Positions 32,409 to 43,484 of a stretch of DNA of 64,000 bases are shown piece by piece (the first letter of the stretch is position 1; every line of letters begins with the position of its first letter). Position numbers and translations under genes: made by a program. The stretch spans positions 7,370 to 71,369 of the forward strand of contig JAGHDO010000033.1 of assembly GCA_021159885.1 (NCBI GenBank), in the 5' to 3' direction. Origin of the DNA: Synergistota bacterium. GTDB taxonomy: Bacteria > Synergistota > GBS-1. The notes under the pieces were generated by a model. That model did not search any database. It was not told the origin of the DNA and worked only from the letters and a program-made list of their open reading frames with translations.

Positions 32409-33466
32409 GTGGATTCAATCACCTCTTTTATCAACCGCGCAGCGGTAATGACATCCTCTCTCGAAACATCCTTATGAGTAACAAGTCTTATCCTTCTTTT
32501 AGAAACTATGCTAACCTTAACGCCCTTCTCTGCAAGCCTTCTACCAAGCTCATATGCATCCAGGGAACCAGGCAACAACATAAAGTATACCATATTGGTA
32601 CGCACGGGCACTGGTTCCACAATTATGCCTTTTACATCAGATAATTCTCTCGCAAGAAGCTCTGCGTTCTCATGATCCTCCCTCAATCTATCGATCATCT
32701 TAGTAAGAGCCACTATTCCACACGCAGCTATGACTCCAGCCTGTCTCATACCGCCTCCCACGCGCTTTCTCATCTTCCTCGCTCGCTCTATAAAGTTCTT
32801 TCTACCTACTATAACGGAACCTATGGGAGCGGATAACCCCTTGGATAGACAAAACATAAGAGCATCTACCCTCTCTACCATCTTGGAGGGTTTCACCCCA
32901 AGAGCAATACAAGCGTTGAATATTCTGGCACCATCCAAATAAACGGGTATTCCATACTTATCAGCTATATCCGCTACCTCATCTATGTACTCTTTCGATA
33001 AGGCCGTTCCTCCCGCTCTGTTATGGGTGTTCTCCAAGGTTATAAGCGCTGTTCTCGGGAAATGGATATTCTCACCTCTTATGGCATCTTCAAGCTCCTC
33101 CAAGTTAAAAGTTCCATTCTCATCATCTATGGGCATAGCCTGAACTCCCGAAAGAGCAGCCATGGCTCCAACTTCATAATTATAGACATGAGAGTGTCTT
33201 CCAACTATAACCTCATCTCCAGGTTGAGTATAAGTCATAATTGCAACTTGATTAGCCATGGTTCCAGAAACGACAAACAAAGCCGCTTCCTTCGCAAATA
33301 TAGAAGCAGCAAGCTCCTCCAGCTCCCTTACAGTTGGATCCTCTCTATAAACATCATCCCCAACCTCAGCCCTCATCATGGCTTCCCTCATCTCCTCCGT
33401 AGGAACCGTAACCGTATCACTCCTTAAGTCTATGACCTTCACTTTTTCACACCACCCTTCTCCCAC
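32393..33466 (-). CDS. ltaE: Low-specificity L-threonine aldolase (PLP, beta-eliminating lyase family)
   Basis: [34 protein letters not shown] is the canonical N-terminus. Confidence 0.8.
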   Translation of the reverse strand: MGEGWCEKVKVIDLRSDTVTVPTEEMREAMMRAEVGDDVYREDPTVRELEELAASIFAKEAALFVVSGTMANQVAIMTYTQPGDEVIVGRHSHVYNYEVGAMAALSGVQAMPIDDENGTFNLEELEDAIRGENIHFPRTALITLENTHNRAGGTALSKEYIDEVADIADKYGIPVYLDGARIFNACIALGVKPSKMVERVDALMFCLSKGLSAPIGSVIVGRKNFIERARKMRKRVGGGMRQAGVIAACGIVALTKMIDRLREDHENAELLARELSDVKGIIVEPVPVRTNMVYFMLLPGSLDAYELGRRLAEKGVKVSIVSKRRIRLVTHKDVSREDVITAARLIKEVIESTWQER

Positions 33467-34629
33467 TCAGATGGGTAATAATACTTTTTTCCCTCTATCA
33501 TATATTCCTGATCCACCCAGCCTTCGGGATAATCATGCGGATATTTGTAATCCTCAGAACCCGGGTGAAGATGCTTAGGAACATCCTGTATTTCACCGCT
33601 TTTTATATCCTCAAGTGCTTTCTTTATTCCCATATAAGCTGAGTTACTCTTGGGAGCAAGAGCCACATAGAGCGCCGCTTGAGCTAAGGGAATTTTAGCC
33701 TCCGGCATTCCTATTCTTTCGACCGCTTCCATTGCAGCGGTAGCCACAAGCAAAGCCATCGGATCTGCATTACCCACATCTTCCGAAGCACATATGGCTA
33801 TTCTCCTTGCAATGAAACGTGGATCTTCACCAGATGATATAAGTCTCGCCAGCCAATACAGTGTAGCATCGGGATCGCTACCACGCATGCTTTTTATAAA
33901 GGCAGATATAATCCTATAATGCATATCCGCATCTTTATCATAGACTATATTAACGTCTGACGCAAGCTCAACATGATCCCTCTCTATTAAGCGCTTTTTC
34001 TGCGCTTTTGCTATGTAAAAAGATGCTTCTAATCTCTGCAATAAAGCACGCACGTCACCTCCAGAGAACCTGATAAGAAGATCGATAGCCTCTTCAGAGA
34101 TACCTATGCCTCGCCCACCAAGACCTCGGGGGTCCGTCATCGCTTTGGATATCACCTTCTTAAGATCGCTTGGCGCCAAACGCTCAAAATTTAGCACGAG
34201 AACTCGGGATATTATGGGAGCGTTTATTTCAAAGAAAGGATTATAAACCGTCGTGGCTATCAGAGTTATATCTCCTCTCTCAAGATAAGGCATAAGGATA
34301 TCCTGCTGTAGCTTGTTAAAGTGATATATCTCATCTATAAACAAGATTGCTTTAAGCCCCATTTTACGAGTCGATATAGCCTTACCTATAGCCTCCCGAA
34401 GCTCTTTTATTCCAACAACTGCAGCGTTAAGCTCGAAAAGCTGAGCCTTGATCTCACGAGCAAGCGCCCTCGCAACAGCGGTTTTTCCAACCCCTGGCGG
34501 TCCATAGAAAATCATGGAAGGCAAAAAGCCCTCCGCTATGAAGCTACGGAGGGCTTTAATAACACGCTCCTGCCCCACAATTTCATCTAAGTTTCTTGGT
34601 GCAAGCCTACAGGAAAGAGACCTTTCCAT
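33439..34629 (-). CDS. rarA: Replication-associated recombination protein A (AAA+ ATPase)
   Basis: GPPGVGKT Walker A; MgsA/RarA C-terminal domains. Confidence 0.9.
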   Translation of the reverse strand: MERSLSCRLAPRNLDEIVGQERVIKALRSFIAEGFLPSMIFYGPPGVGKTAVARALAREIKAQLFELNAAVVGIKELREAIGKAISTRKMGLKAILFIDEIYHFNKLQQDILMPYLERGDITLIATTVYNPFFEINAPIISRVLVLNFERLAPSDLKKVISKAMTDPRGLGGRGIGISEEAIDLLIRFSGGDVRALLQRLEASFYIAKAQKKRLIERDHVELASDVNIVYDKDADMHYRIISAFIKSMRGSDPDATLYWLARLISSGEDPRFIARRIAICASEDVGNADPMALLVATAAMEAVERIGMPEAKIPLAQAALYVALAPKSNSAYMGIKKALEDIKSGEIQDVPKHLHPGSEDYKYPHDYPEGWVDQEYMIEGKKYYYPSEWEKGGVKK

Positions 34630-34654
34630 AAGATATCAACCCCATAAGCCTAAA

Positions 34655-34830
34655 CTAAAAACCCCGCGGTGCCGCATGCCCGAGGTTTTGAACCCAGCCC
34701 CATCATGGTGGGTGCCCCCTCCATCGCTTCCGCGCCGGAACGCTTCCACGATGGAAGCAGAGCTCCCTTTGGTTCTGGTGTTGGCTCAAAACCCTCAAGC
34801 TTTACACACGCACACCGCAGGGATAATCTT
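34655..34830 (-). ncRNA. Unassigned GC-rich structured RNA candidate (~175 nt) in the bioY-rarA intergenic region. Possibly a 6S-like or other sRNA, or a long structured leader/terminator. The strand call is tentative.
   Basis: Sharp GC-rich island between AT-rich flanks. The two ends are complementary over ~35 nt (CCCGCGGUG...GAGGUUUUGAACC with GGCUCAAAACCCUC...CACCGCAGGG). Internal hairpins include UUCCG-CGC-CGGAA and GCUUCC-ACGAU-GGAAGC. The minus-strand version ends in GGCACCGCGGGGUUUUUAGUUU. Confidence 0.4.
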
Positions 34831-34872
34831 CACTTAGAATTTTATCACAAAAACTAAAATATAGCAAGTAAA

Positions 34873-35403
34873 TTAAATCCTATTGCTTTTTACACGTAGC
34901 AGAACGAGAACCTTTTCAGCCACTCCCACAGCTATAATAGCCTTTAGAATGTCTATCCCCACAAAGGGCAAAACCCCTATCTTAAGGGCGCTAAAGAAAT
35001 CACCGTTCAAGAAGAAGCCAAGTCTAAGCCAGCCTAAGAAATATATGATTCCTACACCACTCATGGCTGAAATCAGTTTGCGTCCATACCCCTCGCTTCT
35101 CGCAAAAAGATAGCTTACGAAAAGTGCAGAAAGCGGAAAGCCCCAAAGATACCCCGCCGTAGGACCATAAAGATGAGCTATTCCTCCTTTAAACCCGGCG
35201 AAAACAGGAAAACCAATAGCACCGAGCAGAAGATAAAAGAATTGACTCAAAAAAGCCAACTTAGGAGATAACATCATACCAGATAGAAGAACAAATAGAA
35301 CCTGAAGCGTTATAGGAACCTCACCTATAGGTATAGATATCTGAGCTCCCAAAGCTGTAAGGGCGGTAAAGAGAGCCACATAGGTGATATCTCGCGACCT
35401 CAT
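34873..35403 (-). CDS. bioY: Biotin transporter BioY (ECF S component)
   Basis: 176 aa, 5-6 TM helices, BioY-like throughout. Confidence 0.85.
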   Translation of the reverse strand: MRSRDITYVALFTALTALGAQISIPIGEVPITLQVLFVLLSGMMLSPKLAFLSQFFYLLLGAIGFPVFAGFKGGIAHLYGPTAGYLWGFPLSALFVSYLFARSEGYGRKLISAMSGVGIIYFLGWLRLGFFLNGDFFSALKIGVLPFVGIDILKAIIAVGVAEKVLVLLRVKSNRI

Positions 35404-35406
35404 CTC

Positions 35407-36630
35407 TCAGACCTTGCCCCCCTTCACTCTTAAAAACCTTCTTTTTCCAACTTGAATAAATCTCTCCTTGCCTAAGTCTATTACTTGACCGATATCTTCC
35501 ACTCTCAAACCGTCTACCTTAACCCCTCCCTGAGATATCAGCCTCTTTGCCTCGCTTCTGCTTGAAACCAGCCCTCCTTCAACGAGAAGATCTACTATCC
35601 TTTTCTCATCCTCGGGAAAAACCTTTAGTGGAACATCGCTTGGGTGCTCCTTCTTGGAAAATACTCTTTCAAATTCCTCCTTTGCCTTGATAGCATCTTC
35701 CTCAGAGTGGTATGTTTTGACAATATTGAAAGCAAGCTTAGCCTTAAGATCTTTCGGATGCACTCTACCAGCTTCAAGATTCTTTTTGAAGGTTTCTATT
35801 TCCTCCATCGTAAAATCCGTAAGGAGTTCGAAGTACTTCATCATAAGGGAATCCGGAATGGACATAAGTTTCCCAAACATCTCAAAAGGTGGTTCATCTA
35901 TCCCTACATAGTTCCCAAGACTTTTACTCATCTTCTGAACCCCATCAAGCCCTTCAAGGATAGGCATTAATATAGCAACCTGTGGCTCCTGACCAAAATA
36001 CCTTTGAAGCTCTCTACCAACGAGAAGATTAAATTTCTGGTCCGTTCCGCCAAGCTCAACATCAGCTTTTAGAGCAACGGAGTCATAAGCTTGGGCAATC
36101 GGATATAAAAGCTCATGGATGCCTATAGGTCTACCCTCTGAGAAGCGCTTAGCAAAGTCCTCTCTCTCCAAAAATTGAGCGACAGTGAACCTTCCCGCGA
36201 GCTTTATTATATCCGCAAATGAAAGCTTACCAAGCCATTCGCTGTTGTAAGCAACTATCGTTTTTTCGGGATCAAGAACCTTGAAGAACTGCTTCTTGTA
36301 AGTCGCAGCGTTCTCCTCTATCTGCTCCGGAGTTAAAGGTTTTCTCATCTCAGATCTCCCTGAGGGGTCACCTATGCGCGCCGTAAAATCGCCTATGAGG
36401 AAAATGACCTTATGTCCTAATTCCTGAAAGTGCATCATCTTCCTAAGTAGAACTGTATGTCCCAGATGAAGATCCGGAGCGGTAGGATCGAAGCCGGTTT
36501 TAACCACGAGAGGCTCTCCCCTCTCAAGCTTCTTTATAAGCTCTTCCTCGTTTATTATTTCTACTGTCCCTCTTCTTATAAGCTTTAACTGTTCCTCAAT
36601 GCCAAGCACGGCAATTCCCACTCCCTTCAA
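35407..36630 (-). CDS. tyrS: Tyrosyl-tRNA synthetase with a C-terminal S4 domain
   Basis: HLGH and KMSKS class-I motifs. Confidence 0.9.
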   Translation of the reverse strand: MKGVGIAVLGIEEQLKLIRRGTVEIINEEELIKKLERGEPLVVKTGFDPTAPDLHLGHTVLLRKMMHFQELGHKVIFLIGDFTARIGDPSGRSEMRKPLTPEQIEENAATYKKQFFKVLDPEKTIVAYNSEWLGKLSFADIIKLAGRFTVAQFLEREDFAKRFSEGRPIGIHELLYPIAQAYDSVALKADVELGGTDQKFNLLVGRELQRYFGQEPQVAILMPILEGLDGVQKMSKSLGNYVGIDEPPFEMFGKLMSIPDSLMMKYFELLTDFTMEEIETFKKNLEAGRVHPKDLKAKLAFNIVKTYHSEEDAIKAKEEFERVFSKKEHPSDVPLKVFPEDEKRIVDLLVEGGLVSSRSEAKRLISQGGVKVDGLRVEDIGQVIDLGKERFIQVGKRRFLRVKGGKV

Positions 36631-36668
36631 GAAATTTTTAAGTTTATTATAGCACCAACCTCAGGATT

Positions 36669-37349
36669 TTACCTATCCAGTGTACTCAAAGCCTCCTTCG
36701 CAGCGTTTTTCTCTGCCTCCTTCTTATTCCTACCCGTTCCCATGCCGAGAACCTTTCCCTTAAAAACGATTCTTACTTTGAAGATAGGCTCATGCTCAGG
36801 ACCATTCACCGAGACGATCTCATACTTGGGAAGCGCTTTATGCCTCTTCTGAAGAATTTCTTGTAGCTCTGTCTTTGGATCCTTTCTCCTAAACACACAC
36901 TTTTCCATCTCGCTTAAAATCGACTCAAACTGGTTAAGAAGAAAGCCCTTAGCTTCCTCAAATCCCCCATCTAAGTATATAGCACCTATCAACGCTTCAA
37001 AAGCGTTCGCTAATGTGGATTCCCTCTCCCTGAGCCCATGTTTTTCATCTCCGCTCCCCAAGAAAATAAAAGGACCCAAGCCTATCTTCCTCGCAAGATA
37101 GGCAAGGGTCCCTTTGCTGACCAAATGTCCCTTTATTCTCGCAAGCTCCCCTTCACGCTTATCAGGATATTTTCGCAAAAGATAATCAGTAATGACCAGT
37201 CCAATTACAGCATCTCCCAGAAACTCCAGTCTCTCGCTATGTCTCACGCTACCTTTCTCATGAGCATAGGAAGGATGTGTAAGAGCCTCCCTTAAAAGCT
37301 CCTTCTTAGAAAAGCTGTAAGATATCTTCTGCTCGAGATCTTCAATCAT
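36669..37349 (-). CDS. rnc: Ribonuclease III
   Basis: [10 protein letters not shown] signature plus a dsRBD. Confidence 0.9.
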   Translation of the reverse strand: MIEDLEQKISYSFSKKELLREALTHPSYAHEKGSVRHSERLEFLGDAVIGLVITDYLLRKYPDKREGELARIKGHLVSKGTLAYLARKIGLGPFIFLGSGDEKHGLRERESTLANAFEALIGAIYLDGGFEEAKGFLLNQFESILSEMEKCVFRRKDPKTELQEILQKRHKALPKYEIVSVNGPEHEPIFKVRIVFKGKVLGMGTGRNKKEAEKNAAKEALSTLDR

Positions 37350-38587
37350 GCCCTCTTGAGAACCAGAACCGCGTTATGCCCTCCAAAGCCAAAGGAGTTC
37401 TTTATTGCAACTTTAACGTCCATCTCGCGTGCCTCGTTGGGCACATAGTCCAAGTCGCATTCTGGATCGGGAACCTCATAGTTTATGGTCGGATGGACAA
37501 CACCCTCATAGAGAGCAAGAAGAGTAGCTATGACCTCAACAGATGCCGCTGCTCCCAACAGATGCCCTATCATTGACTTCGTGGAGCTTATGGGAATCTC
37601 ATAAGCCCTTTCTCCGAAAACCTTCTTTATCGCCATTGTCTCCGTCTTATCATTCAGCGGCGTTGATGTACCATGAGCATTTATATAGTCAACCTCGTCA
37701 GGAGAAACGCCTGCTTTCTCAAGAGCCCTCAGCATAGCACGCGCCGCTCCTTCTCCACCCGGAGGGGGAGCGGTTATATGATAAGCATCGCAGTTCGCAG
37801 CGTATCCTACCAGCTCAGCGTATATTTTAGCACCTCGCGCCTTTGCCCTCTCCATTTCCTCAAGGACGATTACACCAGCTCCCTCCCCCATAACGAAACC
37901 ATCCCTCAACTTATCAAAGGGTCTGGAGGCCTTGGATGGCTCGTCATTCCTAACAGAGAGAGCCTTCATAGCACAAAAACCAGCAAGGCCTATCGGCGTG
38001 ACAGCAGCTTCAGTTCCCCCGGCAAGTATAACATCCGCATCTCCTCTACGAATTATCTCGAAAGCTTCTCCTATCGAATGCGCTGCAGATGCACATGCGC
38101 TTACTATCGCATAGTTTGGCCCCTTAGCATTATATTTTATAGCCACATATGCACCAGACATATTAACTATCATCATTGGTATGAAAAAGGGACTAATTCT
38201 ACTCGGTCCTCTGTCAAGAAGAACTCTAATCTGATTAAAGGAAGTGATTATCCCACCCTGTCCACTTCCTATACATACGCCGAATCTCTCTGGCTCAAGG
38301 TTGTCTGGCTCCAAACCTGCATCCTTCATCGCGAGTTCAGAAGCAACATATGCAAACTGTATTACCCTATCCAAGCGCTTTATTTCCTTTCTTTCAAGAT
38401 AAGGAGAGGGATCGAAATCTCTAACTTCTCCAGCCATCTGAGAGTCATAGTTGGAAGGATCAAAGGAGCTTATTCTATCTATACCGTTTTTCCCCTCTTT
38501 TAATCCTCGCCAGAACTCCTCTACTCCTATACCTATTGGGGAAACAACACCCGCGCCAGTTATAGCGACTCTTCGCAAGAGCTTCAC
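37346..38587 (-). CDS. fabF: 3-oxoacyl-ACP synthase II
   Basis: 413 aa; KAS-II active-site Cys, His, His context. Confidence 0.9.
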   Translation of the reverse strand: MKLLRRVAITGAGVVSPIGIGVEEFWRGLKEGKNGIDRISSFDPSNYDSQMAGEVRDFDPSPYLERKEIKRLDRVIQFAYVASELAMKDAGLEPDNLEPERFGVCIGSGQGGIITSFNQIRVLLDRGPSRISPFFIPMMIVNMSGAYVAIKYNAKGPNYAIVSACASAAHSIGEAFEIIRRGDADVILAGGTEAAVTPIGLAGFCAMKALSVRNDEPSKASRPFDKLRDGFVMGEGAGVIVLEEMERAKARGAKIYAELVGYAANCDAYHITAPPPGGEGAARAMLRALEKAGVSPDEVDYINAHGTSTPLNDKTETMAIKKVFGERAYEIPISSTKSMIGHLLGAAASVEVIATLLALYEGVVHPTINYEVPDPECDLDYVPNEAREMDVKVAIKNSFGFGGHNAVLVLKRA

Positions 38588-38594
38588 CCCTCTT

Positions 38595-38849
38595 TTACTC
38601 TTCTATACCCAACTTATTCTTGATATACTCTATAGCCGCTCCAATGGTAGTTAGCTTCTCCGCGTCTTCATCGGGAATCTCAATGTCAAATTCCTCCTCT
38701 ATAGCCATGATGAGCTCCACTATGTCAAGGGAATCTGCTCCAAGGTCATCCACAAAGGAAGCTTCAGGCTTAATCTCAGCCTCATCCACTCCAAGCTTTT
38801 CAACAACTATGTTCTTCAGCCTTTCAAGGATATCCTCCACCATGTTCAC
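38595..38849 (-). CDS. acpP: Acyl carrier protein
   Basis: DLGADSLD phosphopantetheine-attachment motif. Confidence 0.9.
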   Translation of the reverse strand: MNMVEDILERLKNIVVEKLGVDEAEIKPEASFVDDLGADSLDIVELIMAIEEEFDIEIPDEDAEKLTTIGAAIEYIKNKLGIEE

Positions 38850-38857
38850 CCCCCTTC

Positions 38858-39601
38858 TTACATTGCCAGTCCTCCATCGATATTTATTACTTGCCCCGTT
38901 ATATAACTCGCTTCTTCCGAAGCGAGAAATGCCACCAGCTTCGCTACATCTTCCGGCTTACCCGCTCTTCTTAAAGCGGTTCCTTCAAGAAAGCGCTCCT
39001 TTATCTCCGCAGGCAAATTAGCGGTCATGTCCGTCTCTATAAAACCGGGAGCAACAGCGTTAACCGTGATTCCTCGTGCACCGACCTCTTTGGCGAGAGC
39101 TTTGGTAAAACCTATCACCCCCGCTTTAGCAGCAGCATAATTAGCCTGTCCAACGTTTCCTATCTCACCAATAATCGAAGATATATTTATTATCCTGCCC
39201 CATCTCTTCCTAAGCATCCCTCTTACAGCTTCTCTCGAGCACAGGAATACGCCATTTAAGTCCACATCGATGACCTCAATCCAATCAGAGAGCTTCATCC
39301 TTAAAAGAAGCGTATCCCTAACTATCCCGGCATTGTTAACGAGAATTTCGACATCTCCCAATTTAGAAGAAATTTCCTTAAACATGGCTTTAACCTCAGA
39401 TTCTGAAGCTACGTTAGCCTTCACCACGATCGCCGTCCCACCAAATTCAGCAATTTCCTTAGCGACATTCTCCGCGAGCTCGCGATTTCTCGCATAGTTA
39501 ATAGCTACCCTGGCTCCCCTTCGAGCAAGCTCTATGGCTATAGCTCTTCCTATACCGCGAGATCCACCCGTAACGAGAGCTACCTTCTGAAGCAAGCTCA
39601 T
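38858..39601 (-). CDS. fabG: 3-oxoacyl-ACP reductase
   Basis: SDR family with TGGSRGIG and YxxxK. Confidence 0.9.
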   Translation of the reverse strand: MSLLQKVALVTGGSRGIGRAIAIELARRGARVAINYARNRELAENVAKEIAEFGGTAIVVKANVASESEVKAMFKEISSKLGDVEILVNNAGIVRDTLLLRMKLSDWIEVIDVDLNGVFLCSREAVRGMLRKRWGRIINISSIIGEIGNVGQANYAAAKAGVIGFTKALAKEVGARGITVNAVAPGFIETDMTANLPAEIKERFLEGTALRRAGKPEDVAKLVAFLASEEASYITGQVINIDGGLAM

Positions 39602-39602
39602 T

Positions 39603-40547
39603 TTAAATAACCCCCTCTAAAAAATCAAGGGTTTCTTTAAGCGTTTTTTCATCTTCGATTCTCAATATCTTTACCTTCCTGTCTATCGACCTTATAAGCC
39701 CACTTAGAACCTTTCCAGGTCCGACCTCTATAAACGCTTCCACGCCCTCAAATATCATTTTCTGAACCGACTCTACCCATCTTACTGGAGAGAAGGTCTG
39801 CTCCTTAAGCTTCCTCTTTATGTCTTCTGCCCTAACCGTGGGTTCAGCATCCACGTTAGCTATAATAGGTATTTCAGCGTCCTTAAATTCAACCTTTTGA
39901 AACTCCTCAAACAGCTTATCTCCCACGCTTCTCATAAGCTCACAGTGAAAGGGAGCGCTCACCTTAAGCTCCACGACCTTTTTAGCTCCGCGTTCCTTAG
40001 CCATCTTAAGAGCCCTCTCGACAGCAGATCTATGGCCGGAAACGACTATCTGCTTGGGGGAGTTTATATTGGCACAAGTTAAAACCTCTCCCTCTGAAGC
40101 CTCGGAGCATATATTCTCCACAACCTCAAGAGGAAGACCTATAATAGCCCCCATTGCTCCAACGCCTATCGGCACCGCTTCCTGCATCCACTCTCCCCTT
40201 TTCCGAACAAGTCTGAGCGCATCAGCAAAATTTAAAGAAGAAGATGCCACTAAAGCTGTGTATTCCCCCAGGCTATGTCCCGCAAAGAATGAAGGCTTTA
40301 TCCCCAGCCTGAGCTCTTCCAGCAGTCTCCAAAACGCGATTGAAACCGCCATTATAGCAGGTTGAGTATTATAAGTCTTTTTAAGCTCATCCTCAGGCCC
40401 TTCAAAACAAAGCTTTTTTATGGGTATTCCAAGAGCCTCATCCGCCTCGCTTAAAGTCTTATCCACTATCTCAAACTTCTCAGCAAGTTCCTTTCCCATA
40501 CCCACATATTGAGAAGCCTGTCCCGGAAATACCACGGCATACTTCAT
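39603..40547 (-). CDS. fabD: Malonyl-CoA:ACP transacylase
   Basis: GHSLGE active-site motif. Confidence 0.9.
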   Translation of the reverse strand: MKYAVVFPGQASQYVGMGKELAEKFEIVDKTLSEADEALGIPIKKLCFEGPEDELKKTYNTQPAIMAVSIAFWRLLEELRLGIKPSFFAGHSLGEYTALVASSSLNFADALRLVRKRGEWMQEAVPIGVGAMGAIIGLPLEVVENICSEASEGEVLTCANINSPKQIVVSGHRSAVERALKMAKERGAKKVVELKVSAPFHCELMRSVGDKLFEEFQKVEFKDAEIPIIANVDAEPTVRAEDIKRKLKEQTFSPVRWVESVQKMIFEGVEAFIEVGPGKVLSGLIRSIDRKVKILRIEDEKTLKETLDFLEGVI

Positions 40548-40553
40548 CCAATC

Positions 40554-41513
40554 TCACCCCTCAAGATATTTAACGGAAAGTTTCCTCAATATCTCATACG
40601 CTTCTTCGATTATTTCCTCAATTATTTCCTTAGCGGGCTTTATATCTTTGACAAGCCCGGCTATCTGCCCCGCCATCACTGATCCCCACTCCACATCACC
40701 GTCTACCACCGCAGCCTTAAGTCTCCCAGTTCCAAGCTTTTCAAATTCCTCAATAGGCGCCCTTTCAGCCTCAAGTTTGTCAAACTCACGGGATAGTTTA
40801 TTCTTAAGACACCTTACAGGATGCCCTGTAATCCTCGCTGTAACAACCGTATCCCTGTCCCCAGCTTTTACTATTCTTTCTTTGTACTTTACATGAGCAG
40901 GACTTTCCTCTGCACAGACAAATCTCGTCCCCATCTGAACCCCTTCCGCACCGAGAGCCAAAGCCGCAGCGAAACCTCTTCCATCAGCTATTCCCCCAGC
41001 AGCCACAACTGGAATGTTCACCGCATCAACTATCTGAGGAATTAGCACCATAGTAGTAAGCTCTCCTATATGCCCTCCAGATTCTGTTCCCTCCGCCACA
41101 ACTGCATCCGCACCTTGCTTCTCAACCCTCTTAGCGTGAGCCACACAAGCTATAACAGGAATAACCTTTGTCCCAAGAGGTTTCAAGGCATCTATTACCT
41201 TTTGAGGGCTACCCGCTCCAGTAGTAACCACAGGGACCCTCTCCTTCTTAAGGAGCTCTATGATATCATCAACGAACGGCGAAAGAAGCATTATGTTAAC
41301 GCCAAAAGGCTTATCCGTAAGCTCCTTCAGCCTCTTTATCTCCTTTTCAAGCCATTCTGGAGGAGCGTTTCCAGCGCCTATTATTCCCAATCCTCCAGCG
41401 TTAGAAACTGCAGCAGCGAGATCAGCATTCGCCACCCAAGCCATTCCACCCTGAAAAATAGGATGCTCTATCTCCAGCATTTCAGTGATGCGCGTCTTAA
41501 ACCTCCTTACCAT
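40554..41513 (-). CDS. fabK: Enoyl-ACP reductase II (FMN-dependent, nitronate monooxygenase fold)
   Basis: 319 aa, NMO/FabK-like, embedded in the fab operon. Confidence 0.75.
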   Translation of the reverse strand: MVRRFKTRITEMLEIEHPIFQGGMAWVANADLAAAVSNAGGLGIIGAGNAPPEWLEKEIKRLKELTDKPFGVNIMLLSPFVDDIIELLKKERVPVVTTGAGSPQKVIDALKPLGTKVIPVIACVAHAKRVEKQGADAVVAEGTESGGHIGELTTMVLIPQIVDAVNIPVVAAGGIADGRGFAAALALGAEGVQMGTRFVCAEESPAHVKYKERIVKAGDRDTVVTARITGHPVRCLKNKLSREFDKLEAERAPIEEFEKLGTGRLKAAVVDGDVEWGSVMAGQIAGLVKDIKPAKEIIEEIIEEAYEILRKLSVKYLEG

Positions 41514-42496
41514 TCCAAAATCACCGCCCCATAGGTCATTCCTGATCCGAAACTAACGAGCATGAGCTTATCTCCCTTCTTAATTCTTCCATCCTTGACC
41601 GCCTCATCAAGAGCGATAAAAATAGTAGCCGCTGAGGTATTCCCATACTTATCTATGTTGATTATCGCCCGCTCCCTTCCTATACCAAATCTTTGCAAAA
41701 CGGCATCCATTATCCTTATATTCGCTTGATGGAATATATACCAATCTATGTCCTCAGGCGACATAGAGTTCCTCTCAAGCAAAGCTTTCATAAACGGAGG
41801 GATAACCCTGACCACAAATTTAAAGACATCATTTCCCTTCATATGAACGGAGTGGAGTTTTTTCCTCACTGTCTCCTCAGAAGCAGGCATGGCTGCCAAT
41901 CCAGCAGGGAGCTCGATATAATCCGCCTTGGTTCCATCTGCTCTTAGATCAAAATCTATAATTCCCCCGGTTTCAACTTTCCTCATAACGATCGCACCCG
42001 CTCCGTCCCCGAAAATAACGCAAGTGTTGCGATCTTCCCAGTTTACCACGCGAGATAGCGTTTCTACCCCTATCACGAGAACATTCTTCCAGTGATCACT
42101 CATTATTCCCGGCTCAACGAGCGCCATGGCGTAAATCGGACTCGTGCAACCTGCCTGAAGATCGAAAGCACAAGCACGAGAAGCCCCAAGCATCGCCTGA
42201 ACCCTACAGGCAGTGGCAGGAAACAGAGTGTCAGGCGAGTTTGTAGCAACCGCTATCATGTCTATTTCCTCAGCTGAGATCCCAGCATCATCCAAAGCTC
42301 TCTTAGCAGCCTCATATGCAAGATGAGAAGAAGAGACTCCCGGAGGGGCTATCCTCCTTTCTCTTATGCCTGTTCTCGTTACTATCCATTCATCTGACGT
42401 ATCCACCATTTTCTCAAGATCCTCGTTTGTAAGGATCTTCTCTGGTAAATATGCTCCAACCCCGACAACGCCAACCCGAGTCAAGCTAATCACCAC
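41507..42496 (-). CDS. fabH: 3-oxoacyl-ACP synthase III
   Basis: KAS-III family, 329 aa. Confidence 0.9.
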   Translation of the reverse strand: MVISLTRVGVVGVGAYLPEKILTNEDLEKMVDTSDEWIVTRTGIRERRIAPPGVSSSHLAYEAAKRALDDAGISAEEIDMIAVATNSPDTLFPATACRVQAMLGASRACAFDLQAGCTSPIYAMALVEPGIMSDHWKNVLVIGVETLSRVVNWEDRNTCVIFGDGAGAIVMRKVETGGIIDFDLRADGTKADYIELPAGLAAMPASEETVRKKLHSVHMKGNDVFKFVVRVIPPFMKALLERNSMSPEDIDWYIFHQANIRIMDAVLQRFGIGRERAIINIDKYGNTSAATIFIALDEAVKDGRIKKGDKLMLVSFGSGMTYGAVILEW

Positions 42497-43484
42497 CTTT
42501 AAGCTTTTTCTTTATCCTGTCAAGTCCTTCCTGCAAGACAAATTCCCTTGCAACTTTCACCGCATTAAATATGGCTCTTGCCCTAGACCTTCCGTGAGCA
42601 ACTATAATAACCCCATCTATACCCAGAAGGGGTGTTCCTCCATAAGCTTCATAATCAAACTTCTGCCACAGTTCCTTAAGCATGGGAAGCATAAACAAAA
42701 TCCCAACTCGCGGAAGGAGCCTCTTACTTATCTCCTCATGAAGAAGCTTAAAAACCGCTTCAGCCACGCCTTCTATAAATTTGAGCATCACGTTTCCAAC
42801 AAAACCATCGCATACCACTACATCAGCTACCCCAAAAGGGATATCTTTTCCTTCCACGTTTCCGATAAAATTGACCTGAGGTGAAGAAGCAAGAATTTCA
42901 TAGGCTTCCTTTATTATCTCGTCTCCCTTTCCCCTTTCTTCCCCAACCGTTAGAAGCCCAACCCTCGGATTCTCTATATTGAGGATCACAGACATATACA
43001 CGCTTCCCATTAAAGCAAATTGATAAAGATTCTTAGGCTTACAGCCTATCGTAGCTCCTACATCTATAAGGAGAGTTCTTCCCTCAAGCGTGGGGATAGC
43101 CACTCCTAACGCGGGACGATCTATTCCCTTAAGCCTTCCAACGCCAAGCAGGGAAGCCGCTACGATAGCGCCAGTATTACCTGCGGAAACGAAAGCATCG
43201 ATCTCCCTACCTTTAAGAAGCCTCATCGCCTCCCATATTGACGATCGCTTTTTCTTCCGTATGGCATCTACCGGAGATTCTCCCATTCCCACGCTCTCCG
43301 GAGCATGGTATATCTCAATTCCTTCCTCTAAAGATAAATCCATCCTTTTCATCGCTTCTCTTATAGAGGACTCATTTCCAATGAGAATTATGTTTTCGTT
43401 TAACTCCCTTAATGCCATAAAAGCCCCCTTTATGATCTCCTCAGGAGCATAATCTCCACCCATAGCATCAAGAGCTATTCTCAT
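42486..43484 (-). CDS. plsX: Phosphate:acyl-ACP acyltransferase
   Basis: 332 aa PlsX family. Confidence 0.9.
   Translation of the reverse strand: MRIALDAMGGDYAPEEIIKGAFMALRELNENIILIGNESSIREAMKRMDLSLEEGIEIYHAPESVGMGESPVDAIRKKKRSSIWEAMRLLKGREIDAFVSAGNTGAIVAASLLGVGRLKGIDRPALGVAIPTLEGRTLLIDVGATIGCKPKNLYQFALMGSVYMSVILNIENPRVGLLTVGEERGKGDEIIKEAYEILASSPQVNFIGNVEGKDIPFGVADVVVCDGFVGNVMLKFIEGVAEAVFKLLHEEISKRLLPRVGILFMLPMLKELWQKFDYEAYGGTPLLGIDGVIIVAHGRSRARAIFNAVKVAREFVLQEGLDRIKKKLKGGD

Noticed and set aside
34655-34830. Assignment of the structured RNA as SRP RNA or as a tRNA-like element
   Set aside because: A GGAAGCAG string and a GGGUUCAAAACC (T-loop-like) string are present. But there is no GNRA tetraloop at the hairpin apex, no CCA or acceptor arrangement, and no D or anticodon arms. 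Left as unassigned.
34514-34857. Plus-strand ORFs of 107 and 62 aa across the bioY-rarA intergenic region
   Set aside because: They span the GC-rich structured-RNA candidate and the antisense of the rarA start. There is no RBS and the composition is artefactual.
36631-36668. T-box leader upstream of tyrS
   Set aside because: Only 38 nt separate rnc and tyrS, so there is no room for a T-box; none is present.
37673-38503. 276-aa plus-strand ORF
   Set aside because: It is antisense to the highly conserved fabF gene, and its Ser/Tyr/Ile-rich composition is typical of antisense frames.
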